Translations under genes and position numbers: made by a program
DNA from: Octopus bimaculoides
Taxonomy: Eukaryota
Length of the DNA: 64,000 nt
NCBI RefSeq assembly: GCF_001194135.2
Contig: NC_068984.1
Span: 34,451,621 to 34,515,620 of the forward strand
Direction of reading: 5' to 3'
Part shown: one piece after another, positions 25,660 through 40,700 of the stretch
Numbering within the stretch: the first letter of the stretch is position 1
Layout: the number at the start of each line of letters is the position of its first letter
Notes under the pieces: generated by a model
What the model saw: the letters and a program-made list of their open reading frames with translations, nothing else
What the model was told of the DNA's origin: nothing
The model's database searches: none

Positions 25660-28646
25660 CCATATATATATATGTATATATGTATATATATATTACATCT
25701 TAGCTGCTTTCTCGTATACGAACAAAGACACTGCTAGAAAGAATCATTGAAATGAGTCAAGCTTGATGCAATGCGTATATATGAATATATACGTACACAC
25801 AGACATACCTACTATAAATATATAGCATATTAACCACGATACAAAATGTGCTTCTTCATATATGGGGGTTAGTAATTAGTCGAAAGTTCTTGAATCAGAA
25901 GGATATCCTTGAATTACATGAGAAGTAACCACAATAAACTACAAAGGAAACTCGAGCATATATTAATATATTCCCTCTCCTGCGGCAATTTTTCGATATA
26001 TTCTGTATTATGCAGAGAAGATATGTTTTATAAATTTAGTATATAATGTTTCATGTTTAAGTGCTTATCAAACCGATTGAAGATTTTTCTCAGGTATAGT
26101 ACTTTTTCAATATTGGCCTACATTTAATGCATTTGAATAAAGTGATAATATCCCGACCACCTTGTTGGAAATCTGAATATAATTTCCTCCTGCGGTTCTA
26201 ATGCTTCCGTCATAACGCTAAAGCTATGTTCTATCGAATTCTCATCACCTTCTACCTGAATGCAATATTTCTGGCATGCCTTGGAACACTGTACAAGAAA
26301 CGTAAATCCATTAACTCTGTTACCACAATGTATACATTGTATACAATGTATACACAATATATACACAATATATACATGTGAATGTATNNNNNNNNNNNNN
26401 NNNNTATATATATATATATATATATATATATTCATTAATCTGTACTCCATTTAAATATATTTCAAAGCAGTAAATATTTTATAGCAAGTAATTTGCTGTT
26501 GCCCTGTACTGGTATTTCGACAAGTGCAACAATCGATACATATTATTCTAGGTTATAATACCATACTATAGGGGTAAAATAAAAGTGTTTTCCAGTCCTC
26601 ATCGCTACTCGAAGTAATGTGTCATGCAATTGATACCGTTGTTGCTTTTAAAGTTATGGTGAATAATACATGAACTATCATTTCTAGTAATGTTTTTAAA
26701 CTCGAACGCATTGGTAATTCAAAACAGAGGTTAGCTATTGTCGGCAAAGTGCTAGCAATTTTATACGGTAGAAGCGCCAATAAAAAAAGTAGGCCGAATC
26801 GTAAGGTAGAACTAACATATAGTTTGATTAATTCTAATAAAATAGATGCAAAAAACATGGTACTAAGGTTGAAGAAAGAGAACAAGATATTCGAAATAAG
26901 GAAAAAAAAAAAAGAATTTGAAAAGCCGAATGTCTATAGATCAAGGTAAAACCGCTAAAGATGATCGAACCAGATTAGTTTGAGTTCAAAAACACAATGA
27001 TAACAGTTATTTCATATGAAGCATTGAAATTTGATTGTGTTGTTTGTTAAGTGAAGCAATTTCATTGGGTGAGTGCCTTTAAGCACCAGCCTTTCATGGT
27101 TTTCAGAAAAGTATTGTGAAGATTAAATTACAACAGACCTCAGTAGACGAGTAATAAACTATAAACAGATTTGTGGAATTCTTGGCAACATAATATGTCG
27201 TTTCTCTTCTTTTCTTACTTCTCTTTCTCTAGTCCCTTATAATATTATCATTTTCGCGAAGGCGGAATACTTCTTCGTAAATACAAAAGTGTATCCATTG
27301 GCTTTGAAAAGATTTAGTATCTCTTAATGGTAATAATGATGACGATCATAATAATAATAATAATAATACTGATGATGATGATGATGATGATGATGGTGAT
27401 GGTGATGACTGAAATAATGATAATAATCATTTTAATGAAGGAACCGTTATAACAACAATAAATCGGCAGCGATTGGAACAAGCCTCTTCGTCTGAAACAT
27501 AGTTGTTTTGCGCTTCATTTACTACCTCAGTCATTTGGTAATGTGTCTAATCAGCAAACATTCTAACGTACTTGTGTATATGTGAATCAAGCTATTTTCC
27601 GAAGTCAACAGATTTGGTTGCGTTATTATAGTTATTTCAAATGATTTATTGTCCTTCAGGCGATGCCCCAATCGTAACAAAATGAAATGTCTTTTTTATA
27701 TCTATTTATTGTTTTATTACCTTCAATTTATATCTCTGCAAAATGCACCTATTTAGCTATTAGCGACACATCAATACTGTGTATTTTCCCTCCATCCATT
27801 AGCAACAGGACTAAAACCTCGATCAATATTACGATCTCTTCTATCTATTTATCGCAAAAGTTGCTGATTTGATTTACTTTTATTATTTACTGAAAGGCTT
27901 TGACCAGACCTTTGGCCCCAGGTTTATTATCTTTAGTCAAAAAGATATCTTAATTGTCAACTTGTGACAACATCTGTCTAGGAATGCAGTTCGTGTGTTT
28001 TTGTGAAGTTTCACATCAGTACACTTAGACAAACATATAGAAACAACCATTATCTATGAACCAGATTTTACACTAAAACACGAAAGAAAGGAAAATGCAC
28101 TGCCCAAGGAAGTACATACACGTACACACAAATACACGCATACATACACACAAACCCACACACACATATGTATGAATATGCACCTTAATTCAGAGAATCG
28201 TTCGAGTGCCGACAAATTCCTTGTGGTATAAATTCCACTTGTTGAATTTCAAATGGAAACCTTGCATTTTTCGGGATCGATAAAATGAAGTACCAGCCAA
28301 ATATCGGAACAAAGCCCACCCTCTAGCAGACATGACTTTGATGTTTCCACTCGAAAAGTATGAGAATTTTACGAGGATGTCTGTATCGTTTCGAAACTAC
28401 AACTACACCTGAAAACCTTTAGCGAAAGGCATGGTGCATGTGAACTACAAATCATTCTTATAATGCGAATGACTACCTTATTAAATATTTGAAATTGGTA
28501 TAACTGCAAAATAGATAATAAAATATTAAAACAAAATATGACATGCATCATTTATTATTTGTGGTTATATTGCTATAAGCGTTTATACGCGCACACACAT
28601 GCACACACATACACATATATACAAATATAGATATGGATATATACAC

Positions 28647-28692
28647 GGAATCGTTAGGGCGCTGGTCGAAATGATTAGCGGCGCTTCGTCTG
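28647..28692 (+). mobile_element. Decayed SINE head fragment (first family)
   Basis: ggaatcgttagggcgctggtcgaaatgattagcggcgcttcgtctg aligns to 25029-25076. Confidence 0.55.
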
Positions 28693-31600
28693 TTTTTACG
28701 GTCCACAAATGCAGATGTCAAACTGTTGATATATAAATTTCCTACCAATAAAATATGCGTTGTTCTCTCTCTGAGCATCGTATTTTTCTTGCTTACTTTT
28801 CACTATCTACTCCCCCCTCTCTCTCTCTCCATACACATTATGTGTGTATGTGAGGGCGTGTATATACATTTGTCTATATATATGTGTGTATGTGTGATGG
28901 ACTTCATCTTGTAAATAATTCGGAATTCTAGCATTATTAAAGGAGTATAAAGTTTTAGAAACACATTATACAGTAAACAAAAGTGATTCAAACAAACGGA
29001 ACTGAAACAAAAGAAAAATTACCACGGAATTGTTCTTTTTTAAAGCATGTGCCAAAAACTTGTTGGTTTATTGCTAGCTTCTTCCATTGGAATTACGTAT
29101 ACAGTTGTTATAAGACATCGTCTAAAACGTATATGAATTCCTGTTTACTTTCAATTGTTATGTTTTGAATGAAATACGGTTAAACAGCAACGCGAAACTG
29201 GAGGAAAGAAGGTAATAGTTTTTCACAATGTCAGCATTAAGTATCATAAACGCCAAATCTGAAGAAAAGGGATCCAAATTTGAAAATAAATGTATTACCA
29301 AAAATAAAAAATAGAAAAAGGAAAAAAGGAAAGGTTTCTGTTTGTATCACATTAAGGTCAGAAATAGATTGGCAGTACACAACCCATCGAGAAATTAATT
29401 TCATGGCTAGGTAAACATGAGTTACGCTGCATTAGTGTCTCGAGCGTAACACCAAAGTAACGGAAGACAGCAGTCTAAGAAAAAGAAGAAACTTATTGAA
29501 TGTATTACTATCATTATCAAAATAATAATAAACAAAAACCATTTAAAACAAGGATATATGTTTCTTGGAATAGGTACTTGCAAAATAACGAATATAAACA
29601 ATGAAAATATATTAAGAAAGTATAATCGACAAAGTAAACACCATTCTTTGATAAATTTTAACTTTGACGGATATTTGTATTACAGTGTGAGAAATTTGTT
29701 TTCTTTGTAAATAATTTAAAGCTGTATAAGATTTAGATTAGAAGTAGAATTAATTTGACTGCATAGTTGCTTATATTCTATATGCTTGCTAGAATATTAT
29801 AGCTTTGTCTCATTTCAGTTTTTGTTGATTGCGTTTGGTTTATCTTATTCATAAAAAAAAACTTTATAGTTTTTAGCTTTTATTAGCAAAGTAATAATCA
29901 ACTTTTTGTGTATATTATTTGAAAATAATACATATTTGTAGTAAAATTTCTTCTTAATGTATATTTCCTCTAATCTCTTACATTAATTGTATTATGTACT
30001 TTCTGACTGCATTAGTAATAACAAAATTATAATATGAATGAGAAAATCGATATGAAATGTAGGGGAAACGACATCATTTTTAAATCGATAAGTTCAGAGT
30101 ACTATGTCAGAAAACTATTGACACCATGATGAATACATCAGAAACAAAATATACACATGTACATACAGCAAGCCCTCACCCATCCGAAAAGCTTATACAA
30201 TCATATGCAATCAAAACATACATCAATCATGGAATTTTAAAATTGTTCTGTCAAATATATTCTCTACGGAAATTTAGGTGGCAAATCAAAGTTATGAATT
30301 AACTTCTAAGATTTTAATGTAAATGACATTAGATATAAACACTACTTTTGGTGTTTATAATGTCTGAAAAAATATAGAGAAAGAGAATCTAAAAGAGTTT
30401 TAAGTGATTATGAAAACAACATATAAACAAATCTCATGAAATATGCAATACTATTCAGATGAAGTATTGATCTGATTGATCGGCTAAAACAGAAGTTGCT
30501 ATTAAAAAAAACACACTTTGATAAAAATTACGTTTTTACCAGTTAACTAACAATAAAACTACCATAGCCTTTAGCTTATTTAAAACTGAAAACTTCTCAG
30601 ATTACTTTCACTATTTGCTCTAACTGGTTTTTATATGAGAAAAATATAAGACACCAGCATTTGTATAGATCAGCTTTTAATTACAAATTGTGACAGAGAA
30701 AAAAGGGGAAATATATGAATCGAATCTAATGAGTATTTTATACGAAAACTGATTAAAATATGAACTATGTTCATCATATTGATTTTAAGACACATGTGAA
30801 ATTTCATATCTGTTCTAATAGACGAAGATTTCCAATACTCTATCATTGCATATTTTAAAGGACCATTTCTTTAATATCCCAGGCTCACACTCAATCATAA
30901 TACATCTTAACAGAACTAAGTGTAATAATTTGATAATGCTTGCAAATTCTGTTCCACAAAATACAAGAAATATTCTTTCGATGTATTATATCTCCAATAT
31001 ATATGTTTTCCATATTCGGGCAAATTTTCACTATAATAACCCCTGTAAAGTAGCTGGGAAAGATGGGCAAAAATGGTATCAGATAGACATTAGCAATCTA
31101 TGGTCTGCAGCCATAATTGATTGTCTGTAATATAAATTCAAATAGAGAGTTTGATATGCAAGTAAACTACATGCGGACGAGTTTAGAATCAAGAAAAAGA
31201 AAGAGTCGAAGCCTATGGGAAAAACCAAAATAATTGTTGAAAAAGGTTTTATAACATAGAAACATCAGTTTGTGCTACTTATAGCCCTTGCTACTCCATC
31301 TTTCATTCAGGTACAGACAGTATATCTAAGTATTCATGGGTCAAAATGAATCTTTCAATTTGCAACACATCCGGTGGTGAACCAAGGAAGATATGGTTAA
31401 TATTTATAGCAGATCGACCAATCAGTCAAGTTTTTTTACGGGTTCGTCACACTTTAGGTATATGATAGAACATCGATCGAAAAATTATCTCTTTAGTCAC
31501 GTATGTCAGGCATTTCCAATAGAACACTTAATATAAGATCAGCCATCATAACGGATTCATGTTGATTGACAATTAAAGTTAGTTGGCAGTCATTTGATTT

Positions 31601-31866
31601 ATATGACTCTTGAGAATGACAGTACATCACATGTTTACAGAAAATAATGGATAACAATTGACGGGTTATGTTGTAATAAAAAGATACCTAATTGAATACG
31701 CTACTGACCGGATTTAACAAGACTAATGCTCATACGAAGAAAAGCTTTAATTTCTTCTAACTCAAACAGCTTTTAAACTATAGTTCCTACGTTGAATTTC
31801 ACAGATTTCATTGTATAATGAATATACTGGTCGTGTGGAAATACATGCATAGACACGTTCACTTAC

Positions 31867-31944
<78 letters not shown>

Positions 31945-31957
31945 TTATCTATCTATC
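31867..31957. repeat. (ATCT)n microsatellite
   Basis: Directly visible. Confidence 0.95.
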
Positions 31958-32908
31958 AATTACTAACTGTAGATAAACATACACACACACACGCATTTAT
32001 ATTTAATTGAGAAGACGTCCGATATCTAAATGTTGTGGGAATATATATATTTATATATATATAACAAAAGAGGGGGTGCTTCATTCCTTTTTTTACTCGA
32101 AAGATATGGCCAACTAATTAGAATTTTCGTGCCGATGTTTTCTGTTTCGTGATACAGACTTTTCGGTTGGAATACTCATCAAAGTGTTGCTGTTGATCCC
32201 AGTTCCACATTTCATAGTTACAGCCTCCATTTGGGTATTCCAGATTTCAATATTATCATCCGGAAGAAAAGGTTTTGTCTCTGGAAATTGGTCCGTTTTG
32301 TTATATAGTGAACAGGACACAATTTGAAGGCAATTTTCGTTATTGTTAAGACAGTCCTCACAAAATGTTTGCTGAAAGTTTTCATGGACCATCCTCAGTC
32401 ATGGTCTATGCAATAGAATCGTTTTCTTTACAGTTCTTGTTTGGTAGATTTCCTTTGTGCCGAAGACTATTTAGAAATAAGCACTTCAAGGCAAACTAGA
32501 AAGGTATGGAAATGATAGTTACGAAGAAATATTCGAAGGAAGTCCATTTCTTAAAATAGCTTTCCTTTCTGTTTTCGAACAATTTGTGGGTAGATTATTT
32601 GAAATAATCTTTTCGTATCTAGTTTTAAGTTCGAACGACGACATCTTATATAATAATAGCAGAAACAAATGTCATTTCAGTTTGTTGTTAACAGCCTCCT
32701 TTCTGATTGGCTGGAAAATGCCTCACAGTAGCGCCGTCTATAACGTACCCACTATAACTGGTGGTACATAACTGTGTAAAACTATACAGAAATATAGTAA
32801 ATAACGCATTCTTAAACAGTAACATACCTCTTAGGAAACTTCCTGAAATTGGGAAATATTGTGCAATATAATGTCTATATACATACAAATATACCTATAT
32901 ACAGACAC

Positions 32909-32941
<33 letters not shown>

Positions 32942-35900
32942 AATAAANNNNNNNNNNNNNNNNNNNNNNNNNNNNNNNNNNNNNNNNNNNNNNNNNNNNN
33001 NNNNNNNNNNNNNNNNNNNNNNNNNNNNNNNNNNNNNNNNNNNNNNNNNNNNNNNNNNNNNNNNNNNNNNNNNNNNNNNNNNNNNNNNNNNNNNNNNNNN
33101 NNNNNNNNNNNNNNNNNNNNNNNNNNNNNNNNNNNNNNNNNNNNNNNNNNNNNNNNNNNNNNNNNNNNNNNNNNNNNNNNNNNNNNNNNNNNNNNNNNNN
33201 NNNNNNNNNNNNNNNNNNNNNNNNNNNNNNNNNNNNNNNNNNNNNNNNNNNNNNNNNNNNNNNNNNNNNNNNNNNNNNNNNNNNNNNNNNNNNNNNNNNN
33301 NNNNNNNNNNNNNNNNNNNNNNNNNNNNNNNNNNNNNNNNNNNNNNNNNNNNNNNNNNNNNNNNNNNNNNNNNNNNNNNNNNNNNNNNNNNNNNNNNNNN
33401 NNNNNNNNNNNNNNNNNNNNNNNNNNNNNNNNNNNNNNNNNNNNNNNNNNNNNNNNNNNNNNNNNNNNNNNNNNNNNNNNNNNNNNNNNATATATACACA
33501 CACGTGTGTGTTTCTTTGTGTTTCAGTGTGTGTGCGTGTGTTTGTTTTTGTGGGTGTGCTTACATTCATATATATTCATAGATATGCATATGTACATATA
33601 CACGGACAAGTACGTACACACACATATATGTATATATGTATGTACGTATTTAGGTTTGTATGGATGCATCCTGAAGTTATGAATGTCAGACGAATGAAAA
33701 AGGAGTGCTCAATACCAGTTCTACAGGATATAGCTTTGAAGCCACTTAATTTTGCCCTAATGTCCTGGAAGGTGCTGAATTCCATTTCAAATAAAAACAG
33801 AAATTTACAATTAATACGAATTTCCATTACACATCTGAAAATTTAATTTACAAGATAACTTGTTCAGGATCTCGACACAATTAATTAAGTCAAACAAAAT
33901 AACTCTCAGAGGGAGAACAACAATTCATAAGGATCATATCCATTTTCCAGATAACATTTAGTGAACCCATAAAGGTGTGTGTGGAATCTCCAATCAAACA
34001 TCGCTGGTTTTCCCTATTACCAGTGGAAGGAAACAATTTCTGTACAACAACGGTTAAATAAATAGCATATATTTATTGAAAAGTACAAACCGCAACTGAA
34101 TATGAACATGTAACCTATTTTTGATTTTGTAAATATTGTAATTCATGAACGCATAGGCAACTAAAATATTTAAAATATATAAACATGTATTTCATAAATT
34201 TATGACTTCGTAATATCAATACTATCAATTCACTTACCCACAAAAAGAGTAATTACCTCCCCTATTTCTAATAATAACAACCACGAATTACTTTCGCTTA
34301 GATTTATATATCTGCACTTTCATTATACAAAACAACTTTCCTGCTACTATCATGGACTATCATGGACTAAACAAACTCTTATAATACAATGAAATCGTAA
34401 TATTTTCACTAATTTCTTAGTCATGATTTTCTAAAATGAAAACAGTTGACTATGTAAACAATCTGTCTTATAAAAGATACATACGTTTTGTGCATTTTCC
34501 TTCTATTTAAATTTTTTCCTACACACACACATAGACATACACATCGGCACAGACACACGCACACGCACAGGTATATATGTACATATATACTATTCAAACA
34601 TTTTCCATCTCTACAATTGCTTCTACGCAACGTAGTTCTCCAGGCCTGCAGGTACTTGATTGTGCAACGTTTTCACGTAAACGGCTGAATCATCAAGCAC
34701 CTGTACGCCTGAAGATCTATGTTGTGTAGAAACAATTGTAGTAATTGAAAAGAAATGTCCTAACGTTCTCCTTTTTGTTGACTCCAATTTTTTTGAATTA
34801 TCTATTCACACACGACAGATGCCCAAATGCAAACCTAGAAATACGCACAATACTACTAGCGGATAGCACAGAGTGAAATCTTAAGGGGAACGAACTTTAT
34901 ACTGTACTTTAATACTTTCTTAATAGAATATACCATAACTTATGTATTTATATATACTGACTGCAGCGTGATAGAAACACACAAATCCATTAACTTCTCT
35001 TAAATATTTGTGTCAACATTTTCATTGTTGCATCACTGTGGTTTTCTGAGTGGCAAACTCATGTCTTCTACACTGTAATCGCTTTGGTTTCAGCACACAA
35101 CCTCAGATCATAGATTTGCTATGAAGTACGTTTTCGATTTTATATATAACTCTTGTAACAAATTATAAATAGTAAATGTTTAAGGAAATATAAAATAAAA
35201 TTATCATACTAATTATCTATAGAAGTATGTTAAAGGCTATGGATAAAGAGTCACACATATTTTTGCTATTAGCAGAAATGAAATGAACGTATTTTTTTTA
35301 CTGAAAAATAAGAAATGTTTGCTCTAAGTAAACCTGGAAAACATTTCTTGTAATATCACCTCTTTTTCTTTTATAGTGACTCTGATGTTTACGTTATAAG
35401 CTCAAAATTTTACATTTCACTCTCCTGACAAAAATTGAACATTGAAATCTTCTCTATTGCCTATGCACCCATTAATTCCCTCTGTAAAATCCATGATTTA
35501 AAGCATTTTATCAACATCTCTCCCCGAAAATATTAGCTTTATTGTTATAAACTTCAACATATCAAGGTTGTCCTTTGGTTGTATGAGGGCTCAACAATTA
35601 TATACATTATACAATCAGGTTACATCGTTTCGTCCTGTACAGGAAAACATCTTAGCGTTTATTCTTTATTTATCAATAAAACATCAGTTGAAAGAAAATT
35701 ATACTTTGGTAAATCATTCAAAGATAGCTATTCCATATAAATTTTTAACTCATTCATTTTGACACGGCTAACTTCTTGTCTTTCATGATGAGACTATCAT
35801 TTTCATCTATTTTGTATTGATCTTTCCAATCACATTACTTGCTATATTAATTCAATTACCTATAACGCAATAAATAATTATGTTGCTTATCACACGACAG

Positions 35901-38900
35901 CTACGTAATTGTATAATCATTTCTATATGCTTATATGAATGAGTCCATAAGTATTTTTAGTTTTTCTTGGCACCTTGGCAGAGTAAACAAATATTCATTC
36001 ATAGCATACTCACATGTGTACGCACCTATCTATCTATATATCTATCTGTCTGCCTGTGTGTCTGTGTGTCTGTCTGTCTGTCTGCCTGTTTGTCTGTCGG
36101 TCTGTCTGTCTGTCTGTGTGTCTGCCTCTTTGTATCGATCTATTTATATATATATGTATACATGTATGTATGTATGTATCTATCTATCTATCTATCTATC
36201 TATCNNNNNNNNNNAACACAAACACACAGACACACACACATATGCACACACACATATACATATATATATATATTTATATATATACATGTACATATTTATA
36301 CATATGTATACATGTATATATGTACACACACATACCTACAACCATACACACACCCATATTCTTATATCTTCATACATACACACACACACACATCCACACA
36401 CACACACATTAGAAGTGAGCTATACAAAACTCTGGCTCTCGAGTCCCTTATACCTCACGCACATATTTGCATATTTTTTCGAGCTACGTCTACATTTTTG
36501 TGAGCTTTGTGATCTAGGAATGTGTGCTTGTTATGGGAGCAACAATTATTCTGAAAAAATGAAAATACATCTAAATCTGTTTTAAAATCCAATGGAAATG
36601 TATTCTATGAAAATTGTTCATTATTTCAGTAACTAAAGTCTTTGCATCAGCTTGCCTTCAGTCACGACGTCTGCATGCTTCAAGCATTGTTACTTTCTCG
36701 ATATGTTTTTTCTTCTTCAATATATGCAGTGTATATATGGAAATTTCTTCGTTGGAATGAAGCCTAAAATCTTATCTGTGCGTTAAGTACGTTGAATATT
36801 CATTGAATTGACATTAGATTGTTCAGAAAGGGAAGAATCAGTCATTTCTGGGCTCTAAACTGCTTATTCTTATCTAAAGATTTCATTCATGTTTCCGATT
36901 AATGTTGTTCCATAAGTTAAAGCGATATTCGGAAATTGCTATCCATACAGCCTATTTCCTGGAATTGAGACGCCTAGAAATTAGAATTTGAATGAAAATT
37001 TGAAGCATCTGCTTAAAGAATAACAGCCGTAACCAAGGCAAACATCGTCTTCAATGCGGATTCAAATCGAAATTGTATTGTGTTTAATGTATTTCTTTTA
37101 TTCTTTGGAGAAAGACACGGAAAGCATGATTAAAATATATACTTCTCACATTTTTTTTTACATTACGGAGAGCTTGTACGCGGTCGATTGAAATGCTGGA
37201 AATAGCAGTCAACTTTAACTCCCTCAAATCGCGCAGTATCGCCAGAATTCATAAAGGAGGCATTAGAGAATCTGAAGTCCGATCAGATTCGAGAAGATTA
37301 AACGACAAGTATATTATATATATATATATATATAAACGCCGAGAACACTTTTAATGACTGTTATGAAATGAAAAGAGACTGGAATCATACGTGTTGTTCC
37401 TCTTTCGCTTCAGGTCGGATGATCAAAGACCTTTTTTATCCATGAACGTCCTAATGATTTCTCTCTTACTATGCCATTATTAAGTGTGTCATATATTATT
37501 TAAACTAACCGACAGTGTAGAAGATCTAGTGGTAAATATACAATAATTTGGTAACATATATGTCATAATGTTCTCGAATAAAGATTTCTTATTTTAGGAT
37601 AGAAGCTTCATAAACTTGCAGCAGGTTCACAGAAACGTGTGTTGTTTGTGTAGCTTCTAATTTCATTCATAGAAAATTGCTTAATTTATATATTATGCTT
37701 TACTACATTTGGGAATTAAGGACTTCTCACAACTATATTCAGTCATCTGCAACCACGAAAAATATATGTATGCAAGAATATTTATTTTTCTAAAAATTGA
37801 TGCGGCGTCTTCATATAGTTCTTTAATGTAAGACCAATATCTATATGATTTATTGCAGGTTTGAAATAAAAAATCAGAATCTAATTATATTACGAACGAA
37901 TCTAAACTTTTATTTTAGAGATGCCTTTAATATCTCAAACGTTTAGAAGCTGGAAACTAAGGTAGTATTTCCGACATGAGTAAAAGGACATTGAAACTTC
38001 ATCTTTTCGATCAACTAATTTGACTGCCTGTTAATTTATCATATAAGTGGTTGATCATTACACAGATAAGTAGACCGTTAAGCTAATCACCAAGTAGAAT
38101 CTTCATGACACTACGTGATAAGCTTGTACTTTTGAATGTGCGAACCTTGCTGGGAATTTCAGCAATTCTTGCCAACCCATTTTTATTCTCAAAGCTTGGG
38201 TACACCTAAGTGAAATACTCATGCTCAAAATGTCATGCGATGTAATTGAATCCACGCTTTCGTGTTTTGAAAAGAACTTAAACATTTCGTCATGCTGCAA
38301 CCTTAGGCTCAACATACTGCTTGGTTTATCACAATGATGTAATCCTTGCATACCTTTGGAGGAGTTTACACTGTTGCTAATGTTTTACTTTCAGACACTG
38401 GTTGGCATGTACACAAAATATAGCTAAAATTAGTCACATCATTCAAGAAAGGTTTGCAAATGTTACGAAACTATCACTACAATGATTTCCTCGATTTTCT
38501 AGAAATATTTCGTTCCTACAACTATCATTCGACTTCATTCTTTCAAAATGTATCTCTTAGTTCCTGAAGTAAAACTAAACTCCTGAAGATGCATAAAGTA
38601 AATATATTCCGTGAGTTAATGTCGTTATAAGGAAATATACTAAAATATTGACGATTTCTTCATTGTCACTGTGACAGATATCTAAGGATATGGGAATTTG
38701 TGAAAGGCATATTGTTACGATAAACGGCATTAAATATTTGTGCGTCTGACACAAAATTGTATCTAAAACTTCTTTGTTCTTTGTGCCTTATTTATTTTTT
38801 TTCAAATCGAGACCATCAAGCAAAAATAACAGTAGCATCAACAATACAATTTTCATCAGAATAAAGACAATTATCGTGGGCAGAATAAGCATCATCAGCA

Positions 38901-38984
38901 TGGCTTTCATTATTCGCATTTTTATGAGCTTTTTACTCTCTACCATTTACGGTAGATGTCGCACTCTTAAAAATATAACCACCA

Positions 38985-39020
38985 CCGACAACACCACCAC
39001 CAACAACACATATACCAAGT

Positions 39021-39051
<31 letters not shown>

Positions 39052-39077
39052 CAGCAAGAACAACCTCATAATCCTCA

Positions 39078-39136
<59 letters not shown>

Positions 39137-39197
39137 TTCATCATCATCATCATCTTCATCATCAAAATCTATTACCAAATCATCATCATCATCATCG
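38985..39197. repeat. (CAC)/(CAA) then (CAT)n trinucleotide array
   Basis: Directly visible; explains ORFs 38774-39274 and 38933-39178. Confidence 0.9.
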
Positions 39198-40240
39198 TCT
39201 TTGTTTTTTTCTCCCCTATTCTTAGAAACCGAATAACCTATTTCTTATATTCATGTGTTTGTCCATCATTTTAATCTTTTTTCGCTATCAAGCATTTTTC
39301 TTATTATATTGGCAATATTCAAAATCTGTAGCAAGATTTATCTTACTAATATCCCCGCAGTTTACTTGGAATTCTTAATAAGCAAAAGGGAGCAAGACTG
39401 CCACTATTATAAAAATACATAAATATCAAAATAAACCAAGATTACCAACTCATATTAACCTTTGCTGTTCCGTGTTTTCTCATAAAATATTTACGTTTAC
39501 TTTGTTTGCAAAACGATAAGTGAAACGAAAAGAGAAGTATGAAATAAACTGAGAAAAATAAATAAAAACAAAGAACCAGAAAAAAAATCAAGGAAGTAGT
39601 AAATAACTAAATTAACATAACCGAATAAAATAACTCAACTTGGCAAGAAAACAGCAATTATTATTAAATTGTTAGTGATAGTTATGTTTAATAAATAATT
39701 TTTTGTTTGTTTTTGTAGTAAGTTACAAATAGATTACAACGCATTTAGGTGAAAATTGGGGAAAAATAAAGAAAAAGATAATAAAAAATAATAAAACAGT
39801 AAAACATATTAGAACACTAAAAGAATGAAAAACTCAAACAGTAAAAATAAAAGATAAGCAAAAGACAAAAAATAAATAATCATACAAGAAAAATGGAAAG
39901 CAAACATTGAAACAAGAATAACAGGCAAACAGATTGTTGGCACTGTAATGGAATTGCAGAATATTAAATAAATTTGCTTCATAACTTGAAAGCATTTGCT
40001 GTCATTCTTGAAGGCCGTACGTCAGTAGCAAATAGAAGATTGTAATAAGAGATTTAGGTTTTGTTTGCTGTGTCTTTGTCAGAGACATTCATATTCTCTA
40101 ACGGAAAATCAGCAAGAGCAAGGATAAGAAGACCATCAAATACAAAACAAATACTACCTCTTGCACCAATAACACAACCAATCATGATGATCATGACGAA
40201 GATGATGATGACGACGATGATGATGATGACGATGATGATG

Positions 40241-40700
40241 ATACAGTAGAAATTATGCTGGCGTTATGAAATACTGTCAGAAAGCGTTGGTATAAATCAA
40301 CACCACCAGAAAAGATTTCACAGAATGACAAAGCGACCATACTTTGAATATGTTAATCCATAAAGAGAGGAAGATAAAGACAAAGCCAGCCGATATTTTT
40401 GTCACGAATAACGAAGAATCTAAGTGCCTTCTGATTGAATTATCAGTCCTAGCATTCGATAAGAAAGAAACTGACATATTACCCAAATATAAAATTCTGG
40501 GAATAGAAATAACTGGAAAATAGAGATCGAAAATAATCAGAATACCTCTAACAAGTATCTTGGGAAGGATTAAAAAATATGAGATAAATGTACGCATATT
40601 ACGTAGAGTATTGATAAAACAAAATATCCCCATATACTCAAACAACAAAATCACAAAACATAGCAAGATAATACATACCCAGGTCTCATAAATGGAGAAA
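40241..40700 (+). mobile_element. Decayed RLE endonuclease region of an R4/Dong-like element
   Basis: Across frameshifts: IQ*KLCWRYEILSE-RWYKSTPPEKISQNDKATIL*-MLIHKERKIKTKPADIFVTNNEESKCLLIELSVLAFDKKETDILPKYKILGIEIT, matching the H-W-K-L-C ... W-D ... R-P-D ... L-I-(D/E) ... K-Y-K-x-L pattern also seen at 14.8-15.3 and 45.8-46.5 kb. Confidence 0.7.

Noticed and set aside
26124-26310. Possible host exon VEGDENSIEHSFSVMTEALEPQEEIIFRFPTR on minus
   Set aside because: No recognisable protein; the context (SKAC..YC...GDE...SGR-like) looks more like an eroded mariner HTH, and even that is too weak to annotate.
30050-30330. Possible Helitron helicase trace (GNDIIFKSI, KTIDT)
   Set aside because: Only short motif resemblances in very AT-rich sequence; not supportable without a search.
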